Shown here: piece by piece, positions 10,570-20,000 of the stretch | Position numbering within the stretch: position 1 is the first letter of the stretch | Layout of the letters: each line of letters opens with the position of its first letter | Assembly: GCA_035352955.1 (NCBI GenBank) | Contig: DAOPYQ010000001.1 | Location: 229,536-293,535, forward strand | From: Candidatus Omnitrophota bacterium | GTDB lineage: Bacteria > Omnitrophota > Omnitrophia > Omnitrophales > Aquincolibacteriaceae | Reading direction: 5' to 3' | Length of the DNA: 64,000 nt | Notes under the pieces: generated by a model | Database searches by the model: none | Told to the model about the DNA's origin: nothing | The model's input: the letters and a program-made list of their open reading frames with translations, nothing else | Made by a program: the position numbers and the translations under genes

Positions 10570-12045
10570 TTGCAAATGAAAACAAAATATGCGGTCCTTT
10601 TTCTGGTGGCGGCGGCAATCTATTGCCTTGGGCTTATCTCTACGACGGATCCAGATCTTTGGTGGCATCTCAAAACGGGTGAACGGATCCTTAGCGACGG
10701 GGTACCCGTGGTCGATTCCTTCTCTTTTTCGGTGACGGGAAAGCTTTGGACCGCGCACGAGTGGCTTTCTGAGGTTGTCCTTTTCTCCATTTTTAATGCC
10801 GGAGGTCTTCCGGCACTGATGATCTTTTTTGCGGTCCTGGGCGTAGTCACTTTCAGTTTTGTTTACGCCGGATGTCCCGGCCGGCCGTATCTGGCGGCTA
10901 TTTTGACTCTTCTCTCTTTTATCGCTTCGCGGTTTCTTTGGGGCGCGCGCCCCCAGATCTTTAACATTCTGATGTTGGCGGTTTTTATGTGGCTCATCCA
11001 GACCGTCCGCGCGGGAAAGCGCGACTGGAAATGGCTTTGCGCACTTCCGCCTCTTACCTTGTTGTGGGTCAATCTGCATAGCGGGTATCTGGCGGGGATC
11101 GTGGCGATGGCGGTTTTCCTTGCCGGCGATGCTTTTCAGGTTTTTGCGCTCCGGTCCGACGAAGGAACTTTGCCCAGGAAAGCCCTCGTTCCTTTTTTAG
11201 TCATCACCCTCCTGAGTCTTGGCGCCGCGCTGGTGAACCCGGCCGGATACAGGATTTTTCTCTATCCGTTTGAAACGCTGATGAGCCGGGCGATGAACGC
11301 GAGTCTTCTTGAATGGCAGAGACCGGATTTTCACTACGTGCAGTACTGGCCGTTTCTTGCGATCATGATCCTGGGTGTTTTGGCTTTTATGATCTCGACC
11401 CCGCGAAGGAATTTCTCGAATTTTCTCCTTTATTCGGGAACCATGACCTTAGGTCTTTTGGCCCGCCGGCACATTCCGTTTTTTGCAGTTGTGGCGATCC
11501 CGATCATTGCGGGGGCCCTGGCGGAGGGCATGACAAGTTCCGGATGGCGTGGCCGTTTTGAGAGTTGGATCTCTCCTGATCGTTTTAGGGCCGTGCGGTT
11601 TGTGGTGAATCCTTTGCTGGTGGTCTTGTTTGCGGCCGGAGTGTTTTTCTGGACCGATCTTCGTTTGAAGAAGAATAACGAAGCCATCTCGAAACGATAT
11701 CCTTTGGCGGCGGTCCGGTTTATCAAGGAAAAAGGTTTGGCGGGCCGACAGTTTTTTAATGAATACAATTGGGGCGGGTATCTGATATGGAACAATATCC
11801 CCGTTTTCATTGACGGCCGCGCGGACCTTTACGGGGATAGTTTTTTCCTGGAGTACGGCGCGATCTTTCGAAGATTCAAGACCGTCCAAGAGATTGCCGG
11901 AATCTTCTCCCGTTATAAGGTGGATGGCCTTTTGCTTCGTCCCCGCAGCGCCGTCGCGGGACTTTACCGGATGAACAAGGAATGGAAAGAGATCTACCGC
12001 GACCGGATGGCGAGTGTTTTTGTGAAAGTTCTGCCCGTGGCGTGA
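10570..12045 (+). CDS. polytopic membrane protein, putative GT-C-fold glycosyltransferase-like (ArnT/PMT-like)
   Basis: 491 aa with about 11 predicted TM segments. It has an N-terminal DPDLWWHLKTGE loop and a large C-terminal soluble domain. It is divergent from the nuo operon. Family assignment is tentative. Confidence 0.45.
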   Translation: MQMKTKYAVLFLVAAAIYCLGLISTTDPDLWWHLKTGERILSDGVPVVDSFSFSVTGKLWTAHEWLSEVVLFSIFNAGGLPALMIFFAVLGVVTFSFVYAGCPGRPYLAAILTLLSFIASRFLWGARPQIFNILMLAVFMWLIQTVRAGKRDWKWLCALPPLTLLWVNLHSGYLAGIVAMAVFLAGDAFQVFALRSDEGTLPRKALVPFLVITLLSLGAALVNPAGYRIFLYPFETLMSRAMNASLLEWQRPDFHYVQYWPFLAIMILGVLAFMISTPRRNFSNFLLYSGTMTLGLLARRHIPFFAVVAIPIIAGALAEGMTSSGWRGRFESWISPDRFRAVRFVVNPLLVVLFAAGVFFWTDLRLKKNNEAISKRYPLAAVRFIKEKGLAGRQFFNEYNWGGYLIWNNIPVFIDGRADLYGDSFFLEYGAIFRRFKTVQEIAGIFSRYKVDGLLLRPRSAVAGLYRMNKEWKEIYRDRMASVFVKVLPVA

Positions 12046-12070
12046 GGTCGGTATTTCCGAGAGAGGGTCT

Positions 12071-12493
12071 ATGCTAGAGATCGAAGTCGGTTGCGCCATC
12101 ATTTATGCTCAAGACAAGGTCCTGATTGCCCAGCGGCATCTTGAGGACAGTTTTGGCGGGTATTGGGAATTTCCCGGAGGAACGCGTGAGCCCGGTGAGA
12201 CTTTGGAGAGATGTCTCGAACGAGAGGTGTTTGAGGAATTGGGGGTTCGGATCCGTCCCGAAAAGTTCTTGTGCCGAAGGGACCACGAGTATGTTGCTAA
12301 GAAAATAGCTCTTTTTTTCTGGCTTTGCGCCTGGGTCGAGGGCGAACCCGTCGCGCACGATTGCAAAGATTTCCGGTGGGTCTCCCGCGAAGAGATCCGG
12401 CAGGTGGAATTTATTCCCGGGGATCAGGATGTGCTTGCCGGGCTGCTGGAGCATTGGGAAGAATATTTCAAAACGCGGGAGAATAGCCGATAA
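12071..12493 (+). CDS. NUDIX hydrolase (MutT-like)
   Basis: Nudix box GGTREPGETLERCLEREVFEELGV. 140 aa. Confidence 0.8.
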   Translation: MLEIEVGCAIIYAQDKVLIAQRHLEDSFGGYWEFPGGTREPGETLERCLEREVFEELGVRIRPEKFLCRRDHEYVAKKIALFFWLCAWVEGEPVAHDCKDFRWVSREEIRQVEFIPGDQDVLAGLLEHWEEYFKTRENSR

Positions 12494-12556
12494 TGAAGGG
12501 AGGCCCTTCCCATCGGGCCGGAACCGTTCCGCTAAAGCTATAAGATAAGGGAAAAA

Positions 12557-14431
12557 ATGTTCCCAGACCGAGCGAAAGAAAAAAAACAAAAAGAACCGAA
12601 ACGTTTCGCGTCTTCCAGGGAATCTTTGCGCGCATCTTTCTGGCGATTGTCGATCCGCTACAAACTGGCCTTGCCGGTGCTTGTTCTTGTTTTTGCGCTC
12701 GTTAGCTTTGTCCTTTACACGACCTTTACCGTAGTTCGGGACATGATGGTCAAATACAAAGAGGCGCGGCTCCAGACCATCGCTGAGATCTTTTCGGAAA
12801 CCCTCAGGATCCCGATCGCGGACGGTGATAAACGGGCGCTGCAGGCCTACATCATGCTTCTGGCCCAGCAGACCGACGTCGACGAGGTTCGCGTCGAGAA
12901 CGCGAAAGGTGTGACGATCGGAACGAGCCGTCCCGGGGGAGAATCATTCACAGGACTTTTCTATAAGCAGGACTTTTTCGGTGTTGAGAAGATCAATGCC
13001 GATACCTACGCGGCCGTCGCACCGATCATGAGCGGGGACGAGACCCTCGGCCGCCTGATCATCATGTTCTCGAAGATCGATTTCGAGCAGGAGCTTAAAA
13101 AAGTTTTCCGCGAAAAATTCTTCATCGCTTTTATTCTGACCATTGTGGTGACCCTGGTGATCGCAGGGGTCACGTGGCTCGTCATGCGTCCGTTGATCGT
13201 CCTCCAAAAGACCGCCCGCAATATCCTTTCCGGAGACCTCGAAGCTCGCGCGAATATCCATTCTCTTGATGAGATCCAGGAAGTGGGCGACGCCTTTAAC
13301 AAAGTGGTGAGCCGGCTTGTGCAGAGTTTTGAGCATCTCCGGATGCGCACGCACGCCCTTGAGGAGTCGGAGGAGAAATACCGCTCCATCGTCAACGAGG
13401 TGAGCGATATTATTTTTTCCATCACGCCGGAAGGAGAGATGCTTCTCCTCAATCGCGGTTTTTCCGGCTACACGCGCGAAGAGCTTTTGGCCGAAGGATT
13501 GCCGCTTTTTTTTCTGATGCACGCTCCGGGAGAGGCGCAGAAATTCCAGGACGCGCTCGAGGCCATCATGCGCAGCAAAAAGCCGGTTCTTCATTTGAAT
13601 ACAAAACAATTTCACCGGCTTCATCACGCGGAAATCTATTATCAGACGAATCTGACGCCGGTGGTTGATTATGAGGGCAGTCTCCGGCTTATCCAGGGAG
13701 TTATGCGCGACGTGACGGACCTCCGCCGCGTTGAAATGATGAAAGAGACCCTGGTGAGGGACGTGGCACACGAGCTCAAGACTCCGACGGCCAAGTTTAT
13801 CATGTTGACCCAGTGGCTTACGAAGCAGATGGAGCACCATCCGGACCGTGAAAAATTTGCGCCTACGATCCGAATGCTCGGCGACAACGCGGACCGGTTG
13901 ATGCGGACCATTTCGAGCATCATGGATCTTTCGAAGATCGAATCCGGGATGTCGGATGTGAGAAAACAGGAGCTCGACCTGAATGATGTGCTCCGTCTCG
14001 TGGCGGATGACACGCGGCCGCTTGCCGAACAACACCATTTGAAAGTAGAAGCCGTACTTTCGCCGAAACCGCTCCGGATGCTCGGAGATCCGGATATGCT
14101 TTATCGCGTATTCACTAATCTTGTGTCCAACGCGATTAAGTTCACGCCGGACGGGAAGATCACGCTCTCGGCCGAACTCCGGAGCAACGACATCTGCGCG
14201 GAAGTGCGGGACACCGGGATCGGAATCGAACCCGAGAACCTCGAGAAGATCTTCGAGGCGTTCTTTCAGAAGACGCCATCCACGCTCGGCATCGGCGTCG
14301 GACTGACGATCTCCAAAGAGATCGTGGCGCTTCACGAGGGCGAGATCTGGGCCGAAAGTAACGGGGCGGGGCAGGGCAGCGCGTTTAAAGTGGTTTTTCC
14401 AACGTACCAGGCAGTTGTCAGGAATCCATAA
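12557..14431 (+). CDS. sensor histidine kinase (2 TM, HAMP, PAS, HisKA, HATPase_c)
   Basis: H-box VAHELKTPTAKF, N-box NLVSNAIKFT, G-boxes RDTGIGIEPENLEKIFEAF and GVGLTISKEIV. A HAMP-like segment follows the second TM. Confidence 0.85.
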   Translation: MFPDRAKEKKQKEPKRFASSRESLRASFWRLSIRYKLALPVLVLVFALVSFVLYTTFTVVRDMMVKYKEARLQTIAEIFSETLRIPIADGDKRALQAYIMLLAQQTDVDEVRVENAKGVTIGTSRPGGESFTGLFYKQDFFGVEKINADTYAAVAPIMSGDETLGRLIIMFSKIDFEQELKKVFREKFFIAFILTIVVTLVIAGVTWLVMRPLIVLQKTARNILSGDLEARANIHSLDEIQEVGDAFNKVVSRLVQSFEHLRMRTHALEESEEKYRSIVNEVSDIIFSITPEGEMLLLNRGFSGYTREELLAEGLPLFFLMHAPGEAQKFQDALEAIMRSKKPVLHLNTKQFHRLHHAEIYYQTNLTPVVDYEGSLRLIQGVMRDVTDLRRVEMMKETLVRDVAHELKTPTAKFIMLTQWLTKQMEHHPDREKFAPTIRMLGDNADRLMRTISSIMDLSKIESGMSDVRKQELDLNDVLRLVADDTRPLAEQHHLKVEAVLSPKPLRMLGDPDMLYRVFTNLVSNAIKFTPDGKITLSAELRSNDICAEVRDTGIGIEPENLEKIFEAFFQKTPSTLGIGVGLTISKEIVALHEGEIWAESNGAGQGSAFKVVFPTYQAVVRNP

Positions 14432-14451
14432 CTTTTTTCGAGGAGAACGTC

Positions 14452-14814
14452 ATGGGCAGGAAGATCTTGATCGTGGAGGATGATACTGATTTCCAGGATA
14501 TTTATACGCTTTATCTTCAGGGGGAGTCTTTTGAGGTCCTGAAGGCCGGCAACGGACAGGAGGGACTCGCGATCCTCGAAAAAGAAATTCCGGACCTGAT
14601 TATTCTGGATCTAATCATGCCTGTCATGGACGGCGAGGAGTTCTATGTCCGTCTCCGGGCACAGGAAAAATGGAAGCGTATCCCTGTGATCATTGCGAGC
14701 GTGAACGAGAAGATCCCGCACCGGGTCGCGGAGCTCGGGAACGTTTCGGATGTTCTCAAGAAACCCTTTGACGTGGAAGTCCTTCTCCAGAAGATCCGCA
14801 AACACCTTAAATAA
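14452..14814 (+). CDS. single-domain response regulator (CheY-like receiver)
   Basis: KILIVEDD, D at LIILDLIMP, and the conserved motif KKPFD. 120 aa. The start is 20 nt after the kinase stop. Confidence 0.85.
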   Translation: MGRKILIVEDDTDFQDIYTLYLQGESFEVLKAGNGQEGLAILEKEIPDLIILDLIMPVMDGEEFYVRLRAQEKWKRIPVIIASVNEKIPHRVAELGNVSDVLKKPFDVEVLLQKIRKHLK

Positions 14815-14815
14815 T

Positions 14816-14896
14816 CGCGCAACGCACGATGCTCAACGCGCAACGGATTCGCCCCAAGCTTTTACGTTGTGCGTTGTCCGTTGAGCGTTGAACGCG
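14816..14896. repeat. palindromic intergenic element, family A
   Basis: cgcaacgcacgatgctcaacgcgcaacgg is matched by the inverted copy cgttgtgcgttgtccgttgagcgttgaacgcg. It overlaps the TTG start of the archease gene. Confidence 0.6.
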
Positions 14897-15340
14897 GGGA
14901 AGAAGACCTCGTTGCCATACGAAACCTTCGAACACACGGCCGATGTCGGTCTCCGGGTCCGAGCCAAGGATCTGAACGGGCTTTTTCGGGACGCGGCCGA
15001 GGGATTTTTCAGCCTCGTGACCGATCCTGACAAGGTCCGGAAGACCGCTCCGAAACTTCCTTCTGGGATCGAGATGAATTTCCAGGAAGAGAATGCGGCC
15101 GAGTTGTTCATGCACTGGCTCCAGGAACTCCTGTTTCTCTTTTCGACCCGCCGGGTCGTTCCCGTCGAATATCATTTCAGCACGCTTACTCCTCTGATGC
15201 TTAAATTTTGGGCGAAAGCGGTCCGGTTCGATCCCTCTTGTCATCCTTCGCGCCATGAAGTCAAAGCCGTGACGCATTGCGGTTTTCGCGTGGTCCAAAC
15301 GAAACGCGGATGGGAAGCGGAAATCGTTTTTGATATCTAA
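14888..15340 (+). CDS. archease (RtcB activator/chaperone)
   Basis: PYETFEHTADVGLRV N-terminal signature of the archease family. 150 aa. It lies immediately upstream of rtcB. The start is TTG at 14888, or alternatively TTG at 14912. Confidence 0.75.
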   Translation: MNAGKKTSLPYETFEHTADVGLRVRAKDLNGLFRDAAEGFFSLVTDPDKVRKTAPKLPSGIEMNFQEENAAELFMHWLQELLFLFSTRRVVPVEYHFSTLTPLMLKFWAKAVRFDPSCHPSRHEVKAVTHCGFRVVQTKRGWEAEIVFDI

Positions 15341-15433
15341 AACCAGGGCCACGGGACACGTCTTCCGGGCCACGCAACACAAAAAACAGATCCGTGGCCC
15401 GTGGATCGGTGCACGTGGCTCGATCGAGAAAAT

Positions 15434-16888
15434 ATGTCTGAAAATATTCCCCTCGTAAAAATAGATGACTACCGTTGGGAAATACCGATCTCCTGGAAAG
15501 CCGGGATGCGTGTCCCGGGGCGCATCTTTTGCGATGAAAAAAATCTCCCTAAAATCCTGGCGGACAAGTCTCTCGAACAGGTCGCCAACGTTGCGTTCCT
15601 TCCGGGGATCGTGAAGTACTCGTTCGCCATGCCGGACATTCATTGGGGCTACGGATTTCCGATTGGCGGTGTTGCGGCCACGGATCCGGAGGAGGGTGGC
15701 GTCATTTCTCCCGGAGGCGTGGGGTATGACATCAATTGCGGGGTTCGTCTGCTTCGGACGAATCTCACGGAGGCCGAGGTCCGCCCGCATTTGCGGGATC
15801 TTGTCGGGAAGCTTTTCAGCCATATTCCGTGTGGGGTTGGGCAGTCCGGGGAGATCCGGCTTGACCGGAAAGAGCTACGACAGATGGTGCGCGAAGGGAG
15901 CGGCTGGGCGGTCCGTCACGGGCACGGTTGGGCGGCCGATCTTGAATGCACGGAAGCCGGCGGGAGACTTGAAAATGCGGACCCGGATGCCGTTTCGCAA
16001 CGGGCATACGAACGCGGCGCGGATCAGCTCGGAACGCTCGGTTCAGGGAACCATTTTCTCGAGGTCCAGGTCATCGATCAGGTTCTGGATGCCGGGATCG
16101 CGCAGCGGTTTGGCTTGGAGCTGGGACAGATCACGATCATGATCCATTCAGGGTCGCGCGGATTCGGATACCAGATCTGTGAAGATTTCCTTGAAACTAC
16201 GCGGCGAGCGCTCACGAGATATCATATTACTGTGCCGGACATCCAGCTTGCGTGCGCGCCGGTTCGTTCTCCGGAAGGAGAGCAATATCTCGCGGCGATG
16301 GGCTGCGCCGCTAATTTTGCGTGGGCCAACCGACAGTGCCTGACGGCGCTCGCGCGGTGCATTTTTGAGGGCGTTTTTCAGCGGAGTCCCGGGGATCTTG
16401 GGATGGACCTTGTCTATGACGTCGCGCACAATATCGCGAAATTCGAACGGCATCAAGTGGACGGCAGGATGAAGACGCTTTGTGTCCATCGCAAGGGCGC
16501 GACGCGCGCGTTTGCGCCGGGCCAGGAAGAGCTCCCGGAAAAATACCGTGAAACGGGGCAGCCAGTGATCCTTCCCGGCGACATGGGCCGGAATTCTTAT
16601 CTTCTGACCGGGGCTCAGCAGGCGATGAATGAAACCTTCGGCACGTGCTGCCATGGCGCGGGGCGAGCGATGTCGCGCACCGCGGCGCTTAAAGTGGCGT
16701 GCGGGCATTCGGTCCGAAAAGAACTTGAAGCGCGTGGGATTATTGTCATGGCTCGCGGTGAAAAGGGGATTGCCGAAGAACAATCCGCAGCCTACAAAGA
16801 CATTAACGAAGTTGTCAACGTTGTCGCCGGCGCCGGCCTCGCTCGTAAAGTTGTTCGGATGCGTCCGCTCGGCGTCATCAAGGGTTAG
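15434..16888 (+). CDS. rtcB: RNA-splicing ligase RtcB (3'-phosphate/5'-hydroxyl RNA ligase), archaeal/Pyrococcus-like type
   Basis: Near-collinear with archaeal RtcB: MPDIHWGYGFPIGGVAA, GYDINCGVRLL, GSGNHFLEVQ, HSGSRGFG, ANFAWANRQ, HNIAKFERH, CHGAGR and the C-terminal motif MRPLGVIKG. The likely start is MSENIPLVKID (ATG 15434) rather than the upstream ATG at 15401. Confidence 0.9.
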   Translation: MSENIPLVKIDDYRWEIPISWKAGMRVPGRIFCDEKNLPKILADKSLEQVANVAFLPGIVKYSFAMPDIHWGYGFPIGGVAATDPEEGGVISPGGVGYDINCGVRLLRTNLTEAEVRPHLRDLVGKLFSHIPCGVGQSGEIRLDRKELRQMVREGSGWAVRHGHGWAADLECTEAGGRLENADPDAVSQRAYERGADQLGTLGSGNHFLEVQVIDQVLDAGIAQRFGLELGQITIMIHSGSRGFGYQICEDFLETTRRALTRYHITVPDIQLACAPVRSPEGEQYLAAMGCAANFAWANRQCLTALARCIFEGVFQRSPGDLGMDLVYDVAHNIAKFERHQVDGRMKTLCVHRKGATRAFAPGQEELPEKYRETGQPVILPGDMGRNSYLLTGAQQAMNETFGTCCHGAGRAMSRTAALKVACGHSVRKELEARGIIVMARGEKGIAEEQSAAYKDINEVVNVVAGAGLARKVVRMRPLGVIKG

Positions 16889-17087
16889 TCCTCCGCAAGC
16901 TTTCTTTCGGGTCTTTCCGACTTTTATCTATTTCTTTTCAATTCAGGATGATTGGTTATTGCTAGATTTATTCACAAAATTAGGTTAATATCGCTATATA
17001 TTGCTATATTAAAGATATTTGTTGCGCTCAAAACAGCTAATTAAATCAAAATAATTATAAATAGAACATTGAAAGCAGCTATAGGGT
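16889..17087 (+). promoter_or_regulatory. AT-rich (roughly 25-30% GC) upstream island, putative promoter/regulatory region of the giant gene
   Basis: A 200-nt stretch that is strongly AT-rich against a genome of about 58% GC. It contains repeated gctatat units and TATA-like hexamers. Confidence 0.4.
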
Positions 17088-20000
17088 GTGTTAAATTTTC
17101 TATTGGGTAAGATAACTGTTATGATACCAATAGAAAATGAACCAGCTCCTGAATTGGAATTTGAAGAGTCTTGGGCCGCGTTTTTAGGGACCCTCGGCAC
17201 CCTTCCTCTGCTTATGCAATGGAACGGGTTCAAGCGTGTGATGGCGGCGTGGATGGTTGTGTTCTTCACCGTCTTCACCGCGATGCCGTCCTGGACGTTC
17301 GCGGAAACGATCCAGTTCGAAAACGGGTCGGTGGATGTGACGACGCAGGACAATGTCACGAACTGGAACGTCACGGGTAACCCCGTCTGGAATGTCCCCG
17401 AGTTTAATGTCGCGGAAGGCGCCACGCACAACATCGTTGGTCTCAGTTCCGGCGCGAGCCTTGCGCTGCTCGTCAACGGGGGAAGTGCCACGAACATCTT
17501 CGGCACGATGAACCTTTCGAACCTTGCTTTCATTCTTCAAAACGTGAACGGGATCAACATCGGTGCTTCCGGGCTCGTCAACGTCAACCATGCGTCCTTC
17601 ATCGCGTCGACCCTGCCTCTGAATCTCGATGCGACGAACTTTCTTACCCAGCAGTACCGGTTCAAGGGTGATGCCTCGAGCCTCCTCAAAAATGAGGGCC
17701 GCATTGTGGGACATGACGCCAGCCTGGTGGCGCTGGTGGCGAACGCGATCGAGAACAAGGGGACGATCGAGGTGCCGGCCGGGACGGTCGCCCTGGCGGC
17801 GGGTAAAACCGTCACCATCGGCGTCTCGCCGGACGGGATGGTCTCGATCGGCGTGGACGAAGCCACGGCCCATGAGATGGGTCTCGACGACCAGATCAAG
17901 AACAGCGGGACGATCTCGGCCAGCGGCGGTCGCGTGGTGCTGGATGCCCAAGCCATCGACGACATTTTCGACCGGGCGATCAATATCGACCCGTCGGAGA
18001 ACGCCACCGCCGTGATCGTTGCCGATGACGGCGTGATCGAGTTCGTCGCCCAGGGCGATGTCAAGGTCAGCGGAGACCTGAGAGCTGAGAACGGAACGAT
18101 CACGGCGGCGGTGGATGGGGAGCTTGAATTGATAGGGGATATCACGGCTTCCAATTCCACTTTTAATGCTGACAAAGTGAAACTGACGGGTTTGGCGGCT
18201 CAGACGTTCAAGGGCGATATGACGATCACTAATTTGGAGATCACCACGTCCGGCAAGACGGTTTATTTCGAATCGGGGAAGACTTACACCCTTTTGGGTC
18301 ATACGGAAATCCAGGGCGAAGGCGGTTATGCTGCGGGTTATATCCGCCTTTTTTCAAGCGTGAAGGGTTCTCCGTGGTATATCAACATCACCGGTGATTA
18401 TCACATTGCGTATGCTGGCATTCGGGATTCTCATTATCTAGGGGAGGGGCTGGTCACAGCCTATCCGAAGGCGGATTACGGCGGCAATACAGGATGGGCG
18501 CATAATGACTCGGTGATCGATTGGACAACACTCGATCTTATTCGGAGCAATCTTAGTGCGAGTTATTTGTTGGGGGCTAACCTTTCAAAGTCAGACATTG
18601 ATTACTCCGGGATTGGCGATGACTTTGATCCGATTGGAGGATGGAACGGGCAGGGGAATTTTTCAGGTTCCTTTGACGGGAAGGGTTACACGATCTCGGA
18701 CCTTGTGATCAATAAGCCTTTCGATGACTATGTCGGACTTTTTGGAAAGACAAGCGGAGGAACGATCAGTAATGTGGGACTGCTGGGTGGGGCCGTCACC
18801 GGCAAGACGTATACGGGAGCGTTGATTGGATATAATTCTGGCACGGCGATCACGAATGTTTATAACACAGGTACTGTGACTGGCGTTGCAACAGCCCAAT
18901 ATCAAGGTTATGTCGGAGGCCTTGTGGGGTACCATTATTCAGGATCACTTACGAATTCCTACAACACAGGGGACGTGACCGGAAGCAGCGATTTTGTGGG
19001 GGGGCTTGCGGGGCGGAGCGGGGGGACTATTACGGGTTCTTATAATTCGGGGATTGTGACAAATCTATTTGGTAACAGAGGTTCCATTGGGGGGATTACG
19101 GGGGACAACAGCTCCACAATCAGTAATTCTTATAACACAGGAAATATTTTCGCGAATTACCATTCGGTAGGCGGGTTGGTCGGGGTGAACGGTACTTCTG
19201 GTCTTATAACGAATTCCTATAACACAGGAAACGTTACCGTTACCGGGACGGTCGCACAGGAGACGGGAGGTATTGTCGGGCGCAACTGGGCAGGTTCCGT
19301 CAGCCAGGTTTTTAACTCAGGGACAGTATCAGGTTATGTGAGCGTGGGAGGCATCGCCGGGCGTAATTATTCTACGGGCGCGAACAGTTCGATCAGCCAA
19401 GCTTATAACACGGGGAACGTGACCGCCTCAAACTATCAAGCGGGGGGTGTGGTGGGATCCAACGAGGGGAGCTACAGCACCATTGCAAATTCCTACAATA
19501 CAGGGAACGTGACAACTTCAGGCGGATCTGCGGGGGGTGTGGTGGGTTATTTGTATGTAAACAACGCGAATGTCACTTCAATTTTGAATTCTTACAATAC
19601 GGGAACTGTGGCTGGGGGTACCAGCTATGCTGGCGGTGTTGTTGGGTATCATTATTACGGAAAGATCACCAATTCTTATAATACGGGAGAAGTAAGCGGA
19701 GAAGCCGCGAAAACCGGCGGGTTTATGGGCTATTACTACAATGGCGTTCAAACGAACAATTGGTGGTTCAATACGAATTCCGGGGCCGCAGGAGTAGGTG
19801 CCCCGACGGGGATCACCAAAGCTGCAGCCGCAACCGATTTTAACGGTACGGGAAGCGGGACGGGTGGCGCTGTTTATATCGGGGCTACCACTTGGGATTT
19901 TTCCACCACTCCCGTATGGAAAGCAGTACAGAGCTCCACTCCTCTGCTTGATTGGGAATGCAATGTGTGGACGAACGGGAACAATACGGGTGCTTGGTCA

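Noticed and set aside
12944-14335. 463-aa minus-strand ORF
   Set aside because: Antisense to the histidine kinase, which has unambiguous H/N/G boxes. This is an artefact.
14807-15823. 338-aa minus-strand ORF
   Set aside because: Antisense to archease and the 5' end of rtcB. No motifs.
17184-18302. 372-aa and 212-aa minus-strand ORFs inside the giant gene
   Set aside because: They are antisense to the TPS-domain coding region. Their composition is rich in Arg, Asp, His and Val, typical of reverse-frame GC-rich sequence. The plus strand has clear domain signatures.
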